A stretch of 48,094 nt of DNA from Candidatus Desulfobia pelagia (GTDB lineage Bacteria; Desulfobacterota; Desulfobulbia; Desulfobulbales; SURF-16): NCBI GenBank assembly GCA_014382295.1, contig JACNJZ010000091.1, forward strand, positions 5,529-53,622. The letters run 5' to 3'. Shown here one piece after another: positions 17,753 to 28,649 of this stretch (position 1 is its first letter; the number at the start of each line of letters is the position of its first letter). The position numbers were made by a program, and so were the translations under genes. The notes under the pieces were generated by a model. That model saw only the letters and a program-made list of their open reading frames with translations, was not told the origin of the DNA and did not search any database.

Positions 17753-19189
17753 ATGGTTAAATTTAAAGAACAACCGATAAACTCATCCTGGAGGTGTATT
17801 ATAAAAACTGCAACTTCAGCACGTATCACATGGCTCTCAGGCCCACTTGTATTCCTCATCCTTTCATTGGCGGTTGTTCTCCTTACAGGCAAAGGCCCTA
17901 TACTGTCACATGCCAACAGCGCCCAAAAAGCTATCCTGCTGAATATCAAGGGGCCCATCGGGCCAGCAGTCAGCGATTATGTCAGTCGTGGAATTAAAAA
18001 GGCCGAAGAGGACCGTGCAGGCGTAGTTATTCTACAGATGGATACCCCGGGCGGATTTGACCACTCCATGCGGGATATCATCAAAAATATCCTTTCATCT
18101 TCTATTCCTGTTGTGTCATACGTCGCCCCGGGAGGATCGCGGGCGGCCAGCGCCGGAACCTATATACTCTATGCAAGCCATGTATCCGCCATGGCCCCAA
18201 CCACTAATTTGGGCGCAGCGACTCCCATACGGGTCGGAGGACTGCCCGGTATGCCTGAAGAGCCATCCCCACCTCCGGAAAATGAAAAACCTCTTACATC
18301 TGATGCCCTGGAACGGAAAATGGTCAATGACGCCGTGGCCTATATCAAGGCTCTTGCCGGCAGGCATGGCCGCAATAAAGAATGGGCAGAACAGGCTGTG
18401 CGTGAGGCCGTGAGTTTGACCGCAGAAGAAGCCTTGAATCTTGGCGTAATAGATCTCATAGCTGACACCCATGCAGACCTGCTGCACCAGCTTGAAGGCA
18501 TGGAAGTGGTTATGGAGACCGGTAAGGTTACCCTCACCACCAGAGAACTGATAATTGAGTTGTTTGACCCTGACTGGCGGACGAAGATTCTGACCGTAAT
18601 CACCGATCCCAATATAGCCTATATTTTGATGCTTCTGGGAATATACGGCCTTATATACGAACTTGCCAATCCGGGGTTTTTCCTTCCGGGAATTGTTGGA
18701 GCCATCTGCCTTCTTCTCGCACTCTACACCTTCCAGATTCTGCCCATTAATTATGCCGGCCTGGCGTTGATACTTCTAGGCATTACCTTCATGATTGCCG
18801 AAGCCTTTGCCCCCAGCTTCGGAGCATTGGGAATTGGAGGGGTTATTGCTTTTACAGTTGGCTCTATCATCCTGATGGACGAAGAAGGCATGCGGATATC
18901 GCTGCCCTTAATTGGCGGCACAGCCCTTGTTTCGGCTGGCTTTTCCCTTTGGGTAATGAGCAGGGTATACACCATGAGCCGGAGAAAAGTCATCACCGGA
19001 GCCGAAGAAATGATTGGCATTACAGGCGAAGCCATGGAAGACTTTGCGAACGAGGGCCGGGTCTGGGTTCACGGTGAATCCTGGCTGGCGGAGACCTCAA
19101 CTCCAGTAATAAAAGGTCAGAAAATCCAGGTAACAGAAAAAGACGGGTTGCATCTAAAAATAAAAATCCTACAGGAGGATACGGCATGA
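17753..19189 (+). CDS. NfeD-family membrane-bound ClpP-class serine protease
   Basis: 478 aa. The protease part reads '[19 protein letters not shown]...[26 protein letters not shown]'. A multi-TM block and a C-terminal OB-like '[12 protein letters not shown]' follow. The stop overlaps the start of the SPFH gene. Confidence 0.85.
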   Translation: MVKFKEQPINSSWRCIIKTATSARITWLSGPLVFLILSLAVVLLTGKGPILSHANSAQKAILLNIKGPIGPAVSDYVSRGIKKAEEDRAGVVILQMDTPGGFDHSMRDIIKNILSSSIPVVSYVAPGGSRAASAGTYILYASHVSAMAPTTNLGAATPIRVGGLPGMPEEPSPPPENEKPLTSDALERKMVNDAVAYIKALAGRHGRNKEWAEQAVREAVSLTAEEALNLGVIDLIADTHADLLHQLEGMEVVMETGKVTLTTRELIIELFDPDWRTKILTVITDPNIAYILMLLGIYGLIYELANPGFFLPGIVGAICLLLALYTFQILPINYAGLALILLGITFMIAEAFAPSFGALGIGGVIAFTVGSIILMDEEGMRISLPLIGGTALVSAGFSLWVMSRVYTMSRRKVITGAEEMIGITGEAMEDFANEGRVWVHGESWLAETSTPVIKGQKIQVTEKDGLHLKIKILQEDTA

Positions 19190-19944
19190 TTCTACCAATC
19201 AACTTGGCACCTTTCGTTGTCCCTATAGCCCTGATCCTCGGCCTACTCTTTCTCTCTCTTAAAATCGTTCCGGAATATCAGCGACTTGTTGTCTTCTTCC
19301 TCGGACGTTTTCAGGCTGTCAAAAAACCGGGTCTGCGCCTTGTTATTCCCGGCATCCAGCAGGCTGTTCGCGTTGATCTGCGCGTCATCACCATGGATGT
19401 CCCCAGTCAGGATGTTATCTCGCGGGACAATGTAACAGTGCGCGTTAATGCTGTTCTCTATTTTCGGGTAGTTGATCCGGAAAAAGCCATCATCCAGGTC
19501 GAAGACTATTATAACGCAACCAGCCAGCTGGCTCAGACAACCCTGCGTTCCGTATTGGGGCAGCATGAGCTTGATGAGATGCTTGCTGAACGTGAGAAGA
19601 TGAATGCTGATCTTCAGGAAATTATCGATAAACAAACCGATTCCTGGGGTATCAAGGTGTCCAATGTTGAAATCAAGCATGTTGACTTGAATGAAAACAT
19701 GGTTCGGGCCATTGCCAAACAGGCAGAAGCCGAACGTGAACGGCGGGCTAAAGTCATCCATGCCGAAGGTGAATTTCAGGCCTCAGAAAAACTGCTGGCA
19801 GCAGCCCATGTCATTTCCCAGAATCCCCAGGCACTGCAGCTTCGCTACCTGCAGACCCTGAATGATATATCAAACGAAAACGCAACCACAGTTGTTTTCC
19901 CCCTGCCGATAGACCTGATACAGGCCCTGATGAAAAAGGACTGA
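19186..19944 (+). CDS. SPFH/band-7 (stomatin-like) protein
   Basis: 252 aa with '[15 protein letters not shown]...[37 protein letters not shown]...[17 protein letters not shown]'. This is the classic partner of NfeD. Confidence 0.9.
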   Translation: MILPINLAPFVVPIALILGLLFLSLKIVPEYQRLVVFFLGRFQAVKKPGLRLVIPGIQQAVRVDLRVITMDVPSQDVISRDNVTVRVNAVLYFRVVDPEKAIIQVEDYYNATSQLAQTTLRSVLGQHELDEMLAEREKMNADLQEIIDKQTDSWGIKVSNVEIKHVDLNENMVRAIAKQAEAERERRAKVIHAEGEFQASEKLLAAAHVISQNPQALQLRYLQTLNDISNENATTVVFPLPIDLIQALMKKD

Positions 19945-19970
19945 TTTCATCAAAAACCTGCAAACTGGTG

Positions 19971-20038
19971 AAAACCGGGGACACAATACCTATTTTTACT
20001 TTAGCAACTATAAAAACAGGTATTGTGTCCACGGTTTT
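19971..20038. terminator. 21-bp imperfect inverted repeat with a 26-nt loop, flanked by A4/T5 tracts
   Basis: AAAACCGGGGACACAATACCT ... AGGTATTGTGTCCACGGTTTT has 20 of 21 positions complementary. It lies between the SPFH gene stop and xseA. Confidence 0.45.
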
Positions 20039-20172
20039 TGAAATATCATCTGGCTTTTTACCAGCAACACCATTATGTTCAATAGTCAAAATCTGTTCTG
20101 AATATTTATTATTGGGTTCCTCCTGATTTCACTCATATCTATACAAAAAACTGGCTACAGCTCTTTACTCTC

Positions 20173-21534
20173 ATGTCTATCTCTCCATACGCATCACAAG
20201 TCCAGACAGTCACAGAGTTAACGCGTTCCATCAGGGGCCTTTTGGAAACCGAGTTTCCATTTGTTACCGTCAGCGGAGAAATTTCCAACCTGCGCCAGCC
20301 CTACTCGGGACACACCTATTTCACCCTTAAAGATTCAGGCGCCCAAATCCGTGGTGTTCTCTTCAAATCCCAGCTGCGCTACCTCTCTTCTCCACCTGAA
20401 AATGGACAACAGGTTATCTGCCGGGGAAGACTCTCCGTGTATGAACCGCGGGGCGAGTACCAGATTATCATCGATTTCATGGAAGACAGCGGAATCGGCA
20501 CACTGCAGCTTGCCTTTGAGGAATTGAAAAATCAGCTGGCCGGTGAAGGTCTTTTTCAAGAAAGCCGAAAAAAACCATTACCGTTTCTGCCGGAAAAAGT
20601 GTTCATGATCACTTCTCCCAACGGTGCCGCCCTCTTTGACTTTTTAAGAATTGCTGCCTCACGGTTTCCATCCATCCCGATCAGTATTTTTCCAGTACGA
20701 GTCCAGGGTGACGGTTCTGCTGAGGAAATCGTTTCTGCTCTCGAGCAGATTAACAGACACATAGAAGCCAACGAAGAAACATCGGCGAGGGACCAGGTCA
20801 TTGTCGTCTGCCGGGGGGGAGGTTCCATAGAAGACCTCTGGAGTTTCAACGAAGAAAAAGTCGCCAGGGCTATTGCTGGATCCCGCATCCCTGTGGTTTC
20901 AGCCGTTGGTCATGAGATTGATTTCACCATCGCAGACTTTGTAGCCGATCATCGCTCACCAACACCCACTGCCGCAGCAAAAGATGTTTTGCCTGACCAT
21001 ACACTTCTCAAAAAACATCTTCTCAATTTCAGGACCCGACTGATCTCAACACTCAACAAAATGATAATCAGCCTGCGCCAGGATATCCGCATTCATCAGC
21101 AGCAATTAGGTGACCCCTTAAGCATCATCAACCACGCACGGCTGCAGCTAGACAACAATCAGCTTGCCCTTTCAAGGGCCATGGCACACATTTTCCACGG
21201 CCATAGTCACAATCTGCAGAAAATCACAGCCAGACTCTCTGAACAAAGACCCTCCCAGAGAATCCAGAGACAAAAACAAGTACTCAGAGAACTATCAGGG
21301 AAATTAACCTTTTTTATCACCAGGCATATTGAGCGAAGAAGAAGTGAGGTTGTAAAAAGTGCGGCTCTCCTGAGTGCAGTGAGCCCCCTGAATGTCCTGA
21401 GCAGGGGATATGCTATCGTGAAAAAACCAACAGAAGAGGTAATCAAATCCAGCATTCAGGTGAAAAAAGGTGAGGAATTGATCATTACCCTTCATCAGGG
21501 TAGGCTGCACAGTACGGTTACCGACGTTAAATAA
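20173..21534 (+). CDS. xseA: exodeoxyribonuclease VII large subunit
   Basis: 453 aa with the N-terminal OB-fold 'VSGEISNLRQPYSGHTYFTLKD', the catalytic core 'VVCRGGGSIEDLWSFNEEKVARAI...PVVSAVGHEIDFTIADFVAD' and a long coiled-coil tail. Confidence 0.9.
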   Translation: MSISPYASQVQTVTELTRSIRGLLETEFPFVTVSGEISNLRQPYSGHTYFTLKDSGAQIRGVLFKSQLRYLSSPPENGQQVICRGRLSVYEPRGEYQIIIDFMEDSGIGTLQLAFEELKNQLAGEGLFQESRKKPLPFLPEKVFMITSPNGAALFDFLRIAASRFPSIPISIFPVRVQGDGSAEEIVSALEQINRHIEANEETSARDQVIVVCRGGGSIEDLWSFNEEKVARAIAGSRIPVVSAVGHEIDFTIADFVADHRSPTPTAAAKDVLPDHTLLKKHLLNFRTRLISTLNKMIISLRQDIRIHQQQLGDPLSIINHARLQLDNNQLALSRAMAHIFHGHSHNLQKITARLSEQRPSQRIQRQKQVLRELSGKLTFFITRHIERRRSEVVKSAALLSAVSPLNVLSRGYAIVKKPTEEVIKSSIQVKKGEELIITLHQGRLHSTVTDVK

Positions 21535-21557
21535 AAACCAACACTAACTGATTAACA

Positions 21558-22316
21558 ATGAGCATACTGCAAAGCCCTGAAGAAACTCTCGCCTCTGAAA
21601 TAAAACGTGATATAGCTGAGCGTTATTTCGGATTCCGCAAACTGATAGAAGACGACGAACTTGTTCTCAAGGACAAGATAAAACATCATTCCTTTATTCT
21701 TGAAAAACGAATCAGCTTCGATCTGGTTCGAATTTATGTCCTCCTTAGAAATGAGGCTCTTATAAAAGAGTTCCTGCAATTAATCGGCCTGCACGAAACC
21801 CTCTTTTATGATCCTTATCTATTAGAATCACCTACCATCACGCAGCGAGTTCTTTCCGGCATGAGTTTTAACGGTTTTTTTCGCTATAGCCGTTTCAAAA
21901 ATTTCATTCTGGATTGCTACGAAAATCTGACATTTCATGCCAAAGTCTATGGGAGCAAAATAAGTGAACTGGAAGATGAACAGGGAGTTATTGCTGCGGA
22001 AATCAAACAATTTTACAAGGACAATGACCTCAGCGCCATACTGCATTTCCTCCAGGCTCTGGGAGACCCCCAGCTGAGCAGTTCCATGCAGGGTGGGATA
22101 GAAGTAGGCCTGGCTGACGGCCTTGACCAGAAACTCTATATCCCTCCCCCGCTACCCATCGAACAGGTCCTTACTATTCTTCCACCGCTCAAGCCGTTAT
22201 CAATGATTAAAGGGCCCCTGAAAAAACTAATCAAAAAAGCATACTCCCTTCAGCCACCTGAAATGATGGTGTATTTTGACAAGAAAAATATTTCTGCTGA
22301 CCGGCAGAAAGAATAA
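21558..22316 (+). CDS. hypothetical protein
   Basis: 252-aa ORF beginning 23 nt after xseA on the same strand. No motif is recognised. Confidence 0.55.
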   Translation: MSILQSPEETLASEIKRDIAERYFGFRKLIEDDELVLKDKIKHHSFILEKRISFDLVRIYVLLRNEALIKEFLQLIGLHETLFYDPYLLESPTITQRVLSGMSFNGFFRYSRFKNFILDCYENLTFHAKVYGSKISELEDEQGVIAAEIKQFYKDNDLSAILHFLQALGDPQLSSSMQGGIEVGLADGLDQKLYIPPPLPIEQVLTILPPLKPLSMIKGPLKKLIKKAYSLQPPEMMVYFDKKNISADRQKE

Positions 22317-22347
22317 CCCCTATTTTCTGCCAGGGATATTCCTAAAA

Positions 22348-22830
22348 TCAACGCATAGCTTCCCTCAATGCATTCCTTGAAGATCTATCAACAAGTGTGA
22401 AAAGTGTATCGATCTCATCTTTTTGATTGGACACTTTATGTCCACACACTTTTACAAATTCACAGTCCAGCGTATCGGTTATTCTATAAAACTCCTGGTA
22501 CAGTTTATAATTGTTGATGCGCCTGTTTTTCTTTGACCGATACTCATTCTGCTCTAACCGGTCGCGTCTTCCCTGTAACCCGGTGATGTTTTGAGAATCT
22601 GTATAGACAATCACCCGGCATCCTGCGGCCTGAATATCGCTTAACGCCCATAATAAAGTCTGCAGTTCCAATTTGGTTGAAGAGGTATGCTCAAATCCCC
22701 TCACTTTGACGCTCGTCTTTAACGAATCCGGCGAAGAAAGTCCATCTTCTGGTACGACAAGGTAAGCGCCATATCCAATCTTTGAATGAGGATTTACACT
22801 TCCATCAGTAAACAGTAGCAGGTCAGCCAT
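22348..22830 (-). CDS. RNase H (type 1) family protein
   Basis: From the Met at 22830 it reads 'MADLLLFTDGS...STKLELQTLLWAL...VIVYTDSQNI...FTLVDRSSR'. This supplies the D-E-D-D catalytic pattern. The 64-codon N-terminal extension in the track overlaps the upstream gene and is rejected. Confidence 0.8.
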   Translation of the reverse strand: MADLLLFTDGSVNPHSKIGYGAYLVVPEDGLSSPDSLKTSVKVRGFEHTSSTKLELQTLLWALSDIQAAGCRVIVYTDSQNITGLQGRRDRLEQNEYRSKKNRRINNYKLYQEFYRITDTLDCEFVKVCGHKVSNQKDEIDTLFTLVDRSSRNALREAMR

Positions 22831-22855
22831 AAAAAAATACGAGGTGAAATTTAGA

Positions 22856-23689
22856 TTAACGTCTCTTTCGGGGCTGTCTTCGACTTTCCTTCGACGGATT
22901 CTTATGCGGCAAATGCGGATCGCCACCTGCAGGCAGAACATTCTTATTCTCTGAAGCGACCCATACAAAATGTGTCTGGGATTTACTCCCCTTGTGGGCA
23001 GGAACCTGAAAACAGCTGACATGAAAGCCGCAACTCATCAAGAGTTCCTCGAAGTTCTTACTCGGCTTGGCCGACCATACCGCCAGACACCCCTGGTCAC
23101 GCAGCGCGCGTTGACAGGCGAGAATTCCTTCATAACCGTATAGTTGGTGGTTCCCTGAATCAGTCATGGCGTCAGGCCCATTATCGATATCCAGCAGAAT
23201 CGCATCGAATCTGTTCCTGGAATGTGCAATAAGCGTGACGACATCACCCGTCTTGAGATCAACTCGTTGGTCCCCCAGCGGGTGGCCGTTGAGTTCCCCG
23301 AGAAACTCACGATTCCAATCGACAACAGCTCTCATCAGTTCACCAACAACCACCTCGGCATTTGGACTGAGAATATCGAGAGCCTGACGCAGGGTATAGC
23401 CCATACCCAACCCACCGATGAGTATACTTGGAGCCTGGCGTCCAGCCAGATGCGCACACCCAAGCCGCGCCAGTTCCAGTTCAGATTCATTTCGTCGGCT
23501 GTGCATTAAGTCATCATCATTGACCATGATCGAAAAATCACAATCATGCTGATAAAGCACCATCTCACTTCCGTCAGGGGTTCGGGCTGAAGCTATTCTT
23601 ACTCTCGGTTTCATAAAGGCATGTAAAGTCTGAGCAGGTGGGGAAATGACAGGGAAATCGAAACCGTTCTCCAATAAATTCTTGGGCAT
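22856..23689 (-). CDS. spermidine-synthase-like SAM-dependent methyl/aminopropyl-transferase-fold protein
   Basis: 'ILIGGLGMGYTLRQALD...EVVVGELMRAVVDWNREF...FDAILLDIDNGPD'. The start is chosen at the Met at 23689 ('MPKNLLENG') to avoid a 52-nt overlap with the upstream gene. The C-terminus has a basic tail. Confidence 0.7.
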   Translation of the reverse strand: MPKNLLENGFDFPVISPPAQTLHAFMKPRVRIASARTPDGSEMVLYQHDCDFSIMVNDDDLMHSRRNESELELARLGCAHLAGRQAPSILIGGLGMGYTLRQALDILSPNAEVVVGELMRAVVDWNREFLGELNGHPLGDQRVDLKTGDVVTLIAHSRNRFDAILLDIDNGPDAMTDSGNHQLYGYEGILACQRALRDQGCLAVWSAKPSKNFEELLMSCGFHVSCFQVPAHKGSKSQTHFVWVASENKNVLPAGGDPHLPHKNPSKESRRQPRKRR

Positions 23690-23703
23690 CGATACGGCAT
23701 CGT

Positions 23704-23925
23704 TCAGCGAAACCGGGTTCGCAGATACAGGGTCTCGACTTTCTTTCTGGCCCAAGGCGTTCTGCGCAGGAACTTAAGGCTTGAATTAATGCTGGGAGAC
23801 TTGCTGAAGCAGTTAAGGGAAATCTTACTACTGAGCTTCTCCCAGCCGTAGTGATCCACCAACCGTGTGAGGATCATCTCAAGAGTAATGCCATGCAGCC
23901 GATCCTTGGGCTGGGGTATACTCAT
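23704..23925 (-). CDS. VF530/DUF2132-like small protein
   Basis: 73 aa with '[57 protein letters not shown]', recognised as the DUF2132 pattern. It has a 4-nt overlap with the upstream exonuclease gene. Confidence 0.6.
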   Translation of the reverse strand: MSIPQPKDRLHGITLEMILTRLVDHYGWEKLSSKISLNCFSKSPSINSSLKFLRRTPWARKKVETLYLRTRFR

Positions 23926-24542
23926 ACCGTCGTCTCCTTGTCTATCGTCTTCTCAAGGGCCTGGTAGATCCGGCGCCCCACCCAGGCATCAGTGGCTGCA
24001 TACTGGATCTGCTGCAGAGTGAGCTCATCCCTGGCCCAGTTGGAGGTCTGCGCCCCCTTGGAAATGCGAATGCCAAGAAATACTGCGGCTAAGCCCCGGA
24101 GGCCATGATTCTTGATACCTGCCTTCCTGGCAAGATTTCCAAGGTCCGTAAAGCCGCCCGCCTTGAAACCGGAGAGCTCTTTGAGCTCACGAATATCATA
24201 GTCCAGACTCACCCCGGCCTTGATGATAGCAGAATCAGACAGAATATCTTTCAATGGCTTGGCCAGGCCAAGGTGTTTGAGCTGGAAAATAAAAACATGG
24301 TCATTACTGGCGAGCTGCAGAAGCGCCGGCGGATAGCTCTCTCCCTTTTTATAGGCAGGCCGGGTTTCCGTATCAAAGCCAAGCAGGGTATGACCGTCAA
24401 GCATACCCATTGCCACAGTCAGCTCAGCCCTGGTCCGGACCACACTCACTTCCCCGTTCCAACGCTCCATGGGGCAGGCATTTATCTCGTCCTTACTCAT
24501 TCTCCGATCGAAGCCGGGCCGGTGTGTATCGCTGCCAATCAT
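23922..24542 (-). CDS. 3'-5' exonuclease (DEDDy, RNase D/WRN-exo-like domain)
   Basis: 206 aa with ExoI 'LGFDTETRP', ExoII '[13 protein letters not shown]' and ExoIII '[16 protein letters not shown]'. Confidence 0.8.
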   Translation of the reverse strand: MIGSDTHRPGFDRRMSKDEINACPMERWNGEVSVVRTRAELTVAMGMLDGHTLLGFDTETRPAYKKGESYPPALLQLASNDHVFIFQLKHLGLAKPLKDILSDSAIIKAGVSLDYDIRELKELSGFKAGGFTDLGNLARKAGIKNHGLRGLAAVFLGIRISKGAQTSNWARDELTLQQIQYAATDAWVGRRIYQALEKTIDKETTV

Positions 24543-24572
24543 ATGTTTTTGTTTAACCGATTTCTCAAATGC

Positions 24573-25970
24573 TCACAGGGCATTTTTCTCGACAAACGTC
24601 CTCACTTCATTAACGTCAGCATCGAGCATCTGACAGCGTGATTCTTTTTCAGACAACCCCTTAAGAGACTGGGGAATTTTTGGTGATTTCCCGATAGCTT
24701 TTTCAACAGCTGCTCCAAATTTGGCGGGATGGGCAGTAGCGAGACAAACCATGGGAACATCATCGCTTCCCAGTGCAAGTGCGGCATTAACACCCACTGC
24801 AGTATGGGGATCCAGCACATATCCGGTTTCCCCATGAAAATCACGAATGGTTGCCAGCGTCTCGTCTTCATTTACGGTTTTTGACTGAAAACTTGCCCTG
24901 ATCTCCTGCTGCTGCTCCTCAGAAAAAACAAGTTTTCCTGTCTTCGAAAAGGCATCCATATCACTTTTGGTTTTGTAAGCATCCTGACCGTTCAGATAAT
25001 AAAGAAACCTCTCGAAATTACTGGCCACCTGGATATCCATTGAGGGGCTGCAGGTCTGCGTTACACTGCCAAGAGAGTAATCCCCGGAAAGAACAAATCG
25101 GGTAAGCAGATCATTTTCATTGGTGGCGAGTATCAGATTCCTGATGTGTCCGGGAAGCAGCCGACGGGCAATATAGCCGGCAAAAATATCGCCAAAGTTC
25201 CCGGTAGGAACGGAAAAGTCCACCTTGCCGCCTTCGGGAGTCAATTTCAGCGCTGCATAGACATAATAAACAATCTGGGCCACAATGCGGGCCCAGTTAA
25301 TGGAATTGATGGCGCCAAGATAATGGCTTTCCTTGAAACCGACATCATTGAAAATAGTCTTCACAATGGCCTGACCATCATCAAAGGTGCCGCGGATGGC
25401 AATATTGAAAACATTGGCGTCGGTAACGGTTGTCATCTGCAGTTCCTGCACCTCACTCACCCGCTTATGGGGATGCAGGATAAAGATATTGATCCTGTCT
25501 TTTCCCCTGACCCCATAGATCGCCGCACTGCCGGTGTCTCCCGAAGTGGCGCCGAGGATATTCATTTTACCGCCGGACTCTTTGAGGAGATACTCAAAAA
25601 CATTGCCGAGAAACTGGAGGGCAACATCCTTAAAGGCCAGGGTCGGGCCATGGAACAGCTCCAGGATATGGACCTTCCCCTGTTTCACTACAGGAGTTGT
25701 TTCAGGATGGTTAAACGTCGCATAGGACCTGTTTATGAGCTCTTTCAGGTCTTCCGCCGGAATATCAGTTATAAAAAGGGAGAGAACCTTGAATGCAAGA
25801 TCCGGGTAGGAAAGATTCCTCCAGGAAGCTATCTCGTCAGCAGATACAACAGGTATGCTTTCCGGAAGAAGCAGGCCGCCATCGGTTGACAGACCCATAA
25901 GCACTGCTTCTTTGAATGAAATGGCAGAAATACCGCCACGGGTACTTATATATTTCATACTATCAGACAT
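24573..25970 (-). CDS. thrC: threonine synthase
   Basis: 465 aa with 'MKYISTRGG', the PLP-lysine region '[12 protein letters not shown]' and '[10 protein letters not shown]'. An alternative start at 25958 would form an ATGA overlap with the gpmI stop. Confidence 0.9.
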   Translation of the reverse strand: MSDSMKYISTRGGISAISFKEAVLMGLSTDGGLLLPESIPVVSADEIASWRNLSYPDLAFKVLSLFITDIPAEDLKELINRSYATFNHPETTPVVKQGKVHILELFHGPTLAFKDVALQFLGNVFEYLLKESGGKMNILGATSGDTGSAAIYGVRGKDRINIFILHPHKRVSEVQELQMTTVTDANVFNIAIRGTFDDGQAIVKTIFNDVGFKESHYLGAINSINWARIVAQIVYYVYAALKLTPEGGKVDFSVPTGNFGDIFAGYIARRLLPGHIRNLILATNENDLLTRFVLSGDYSLGSVTQTCSPSMDIQVASNFERFLYYLNGQDAYKTKSDMDAFSKTGKLVFSEEQQQEIRASFQSKTVNEDETLATIRDFHGETGYVLDPHTAVGVNAALALGSDDVPMVCLATAHPAKFGAAVEKAIGKSPKIPQSLKGLSEKESRCQMLDADVNEVRTFVEKNAL

Positions 25971-27496
25971 TCTCCTTCCATCTCTTTTGGAATGGCAATA
26001 CCCAGAAGATGAAGAACAGTCGGAGCTATATCTTTCAACGCTCCCCCTGATCTCATTTCTTTTCCCTTAAACGCATCATCAACAACGATAAAAGGCACCT
26101 GATTGAGCGAGTGGGCGGTAATCACCTCATCGGAATTTTCATCCACCATTTCGTCGGCATTGCCATGATCAGCAGTAATAAGTGTTGTACCGCCCATCTC
26201 CTGTACCTTTGCGACAATCCGACCTATACAGTCATCAACCACCTCGCAGGCTTTAATCGCTGCCTCAAAAATGCCGGTATGCCCTACCATGTCAGCATTG
26301 GCAAAATTAAGAATAATGACATCATAGCCCTCATCCAGTTTTGCCAGCAAGGCATCAGTGACGGCATAGGCACTCATCTCGGGCTTCTCGTCATAAGTGG
26401 CAACTTCCTTGGGAGAAGGAATCAGCACCCTGTCTTCCAGGGCAAAAGGCTTTTCAACACCGCCATTAAAGAAAAAGGTGACATGGGCATATTTTTCTGT
26501 TTCAGCTATCCGCAGCTGCTTCAAGCCGCTTGTGCTGATCTCCTCCCCAAGAATTCGTGTCAGCTTCTGTGGTGGAAAAGCCACAGGAAGATCAAAAGTC
26601 TTATCATACATAGTCATCATTATGTATTGCTGGAGCTGCGGCCGATTTTGCGGCTGAAATCCATCAAAACCGGGTACGGTAAAGGCCCTTGTCAGCTCCC
26701 TGGCGCGGTCTGCCCTGAAATTAAAAAAGAAGACTGTATCGCCATCAGCAATTAATGAAACAGGACGGCCATCCCTGGTGATAACAACAGGCTTTATAAA
26801 CTCATCTGTTTCATCCCGACCATACGATTCATTGAGAACTGCAACAGGATCAGCGGCCTGCACTCCCTGGCCGTCAACAATCGCCTTCCAGGCTTTCTCA
26901 ACCCTGTCCCAGCGGTTGTCGCGATCCATGGCATAATAGCGGCCGCTGACAGTAGCGACTTCGCCGACGCCGATACGTTTCATGGCCTCAAGCAGGTCCT
27001 GCATATAACCGGCCCCGCTTGTGGGCGAGGTATCCCTTCCATCCATAAAGGCATGAACAAAAACCTTATCAAGTCCCTTATCAGCAGCCATCTGGATCAA
27101 TGCAACAAGATGATCTATATGACTGTGCACACCGCCGTCGGAGACAAGACCGAGCAGGTGGAGACATGTATCCTTTTCCAGGCAGACATCCATGGCATCG
27201 ACAAGAACTTTGTTTGTCAGAAGATCGCCTGTTTCTATAGCCCTGTTTATCCGGGTAAAGTCCTGATAGACAACCCGCCCTGCACCGATATTAAGATGCC
27301 CGACCTCGGAATTACCCATCTGTCCTTCAGGAAGACCCACAGCCCCATTGTGGGCGAGGAGTGTTGTCGACGGATACTCGGCCTTGAACCTATCCATATT
27401 CGGAGTATATGCTGCACGAATGGCATTGCTTTTATTACTATCACCTTCTCCCCATCCATCGAGAATGGCGAGTAAAAGCGGCCCTTCTTTCTTCAC
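25955..27496 (-). CDS. gpmI: 2,3-bisphosphoglycerate-independent phosphoglycerate mutase
   Basis: 513 aa with 'LLAILDGWG', '[14 protein letters not shown]', '[10 protein letters not shown]' and 'ITADHGNA'. Confidence 0.95.
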   Translation of the reverse strand: MKKEGPLLLAILDGWGEGDSNKSNAIRAAYTPNMDRFKAEYPSTTLLAHNGAVGLPEGQMGNSEVGHLNIGAGRVVYQDFTRINRAIETGDLLTNKVLVDAMDVCLEKDTCLHLLGLVSDGGVHSHIDHLVALIQMAADKGLDKVFVHAFMDGRDTSPTSGAGYMQDLLEAMKRIGVGEVATVSGRYYAMDRDNRWDRVEKAWKAIVDGQGVQAADPVAVLNESYGRDETDEFIKPVVITRDGRPVSLIADGDTVFFFNFRADRARELTRAFTVPGFDGFQPQNRPQLQQYIMMTMYDKTFDLPVAFPPQKLTRILGEEISTSGLKQLRIAETEKYAHVTFFFNGGVEKPFALEDRVLIPSPKEVATYDEKPEMSAYAVTDALLAKLDEGYDVIILNFANADMVGHTGIFEAAIKACEVVDDCIGRIVAKVQEMGGTTLITADHGNADEMVDENSDEVITAHSLNQVPFIVVDDAFKGKEMRSGGALKDIAPTVLHLLGIAIPKEMEGECLIV

Positions 27497-27876
27497 TTGC
27501 CTTCCTCTATCACTTCAATTCGAGGCGCATCATGCCAGAGTCCTTCCAGGTCATAGAAATCCCGGACGTCCTTATAAAAAATATGAACAACGACATCATC
27601 ATAATCAAGAAGCACCCAGAGACCCTCCTGAAGCCCTTCGGTATTCCCGTCCTTTATCCGCTTTTGGGACAATGCCGAATCAACTGCTTCAGCAAGACCT
27701 TGGACATGGCGGGTGGAACGTCCGCTCATAATGACAAAATAATCTGTAAATGAAGAGATATCCTTCACATCCAGAATCACTAAATTTTCCGCTTTCTTAT
27801 CAAGCGCAGCCTGGCTCAGGAGCTGTGCGAGCTCCAAGCTGGGCATGTCTGCAAATTCTTTACTCACTTTTTTCAT
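27493..27876 (-). CDS. rsfS: ribosome silencing factor
   Basis: '[40 protein letters not shown]...[14 protein letters not shown]...FYDLEGLW'. The Met at 27876 forms an ATGA overlap with the upstream hydrolase stop. Confidence 0.85.
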   Translation of the reverse strand: MKKVSKEFADMPSLELAQLLSQAALDKKAENLVILDVKDISSFTDYFVIMSGRSTRHVQGLAEAVDSALSQKRIKDGNTEGLQEGLWVLLDYDDVVVHIFYKDVRDFYDLEGLWHDAPRIEVIEEGK

Positions 27877-28466
27877 ACAGTCTCCAGGAAATGGGTCAGT
27901 TCCCAATGCCATATTTCTGGCTGGTCAAGATAACAGGGATGAGGTGCGTCATTAATCTGCACAAAGGATGATCCTTCAATTTTCTCATTCAGAGTATGGC
28001 CATTGGCAATGGGGGATATAACATCTTTTTCACCCCAGACAATCAGGGCAGGAACTTTTATCTCAGACAATCTTTCTTTATTTTCTTCAACCCCGACAGC
28101 GCCGACAAGCACAAGGCCTCCGACAAGATTGGGATGCTCAAGGCAGAACTCAATGCTTATCCGGCCTCCCATGGAAGGACCTATCAGGATAGGCCGGTTA
28201 CATTCTTTCTGCCTGAGAAAATTCTCCAGAACGGTATTCGAGGCCATATCACACGGAGGAGAATCACCAAAACCGGGCATATCAAGTGCTATTGCCTTAA
28301 AGTCACTTTTTGCAAGCAGATCCAGTGTCCCCAGCTCTTTCCAGGTATTGGCATTAAATTTCATACCGTGCAAAAGCAGAATTTCTTTCCTGCCTTCCTG
28401 GCCTGTTTCCAGGTAATGAATCTCACCTGTTCCACACTTCTCTGAATTTTTTACTATCTGTGTCAT
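27873..28466 (-). CDS. alpha/beta-fold hydrolase
   Basis: 197 aa with the oxyanion 'LLLHGM', the nucleophile elbow 'LIGPSMGG' and a C-terminal 'DAPHPCY' (catalytic His region). Confidence 0.8.
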   Translation of the reverse strand: MTQIVKNSEKCGTGEIHYLETGQEGRKEILLLHGMKFNANTWKELGTLDLLAKSDFKAIALDMPGFGDSPPCDMASNTVLENFLRQKECNRPILIGPSMGGRISIEFCLEHPNLVGGLVLVGAVGVEENKERLSEIKVPALIVWGEKDVISPIANGHTLNEKIEGSSFVQINDAPHPCYLDQPEIWHWELTHFLETV

Positions 28467-28563
28467 AACATTACCTGCTAGTATCTAAATTGTGGGATTA
28501 ACCTTACACTATACTTTCTTTATGGGACTCTGTTAATAATTAAGTGGTATTATTTCAACTTAA

Positions 28564-28591
28564 TTGACTTCTTTTTATTAAAGAGTATACT
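28564..28591 (+). promoter_or_regulatory. sigma70-like promoter upstream of secDF
   Basis: TTGACT-N16-TATACT lies 59 nt upstream of the secDF ATG. This is prediction by eye only. Confidence 0.35.
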
Positions 28592-28649
28592 TCCCGCGTA
28601 TTTTTTCTCTATTTAGATCTATAATTACCGACTTCAAGGAGTTTTATCC

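Noticed and set aside
22831-23022. N-terminal extension of the RNase H ORF
   Set aside because: It overlaps the 3' end of the SpeE-like gene. The RNase H fold starts at 'MADLLLFTDGS'.
25146-25889. 247-aa plus-strand ORF
   Set aside because: It is antisense to thrC, which has unambiguous motifs.
26111-26755. 214-aa plus-strand ORF
   Set aside because: It is antisense to gpmI.
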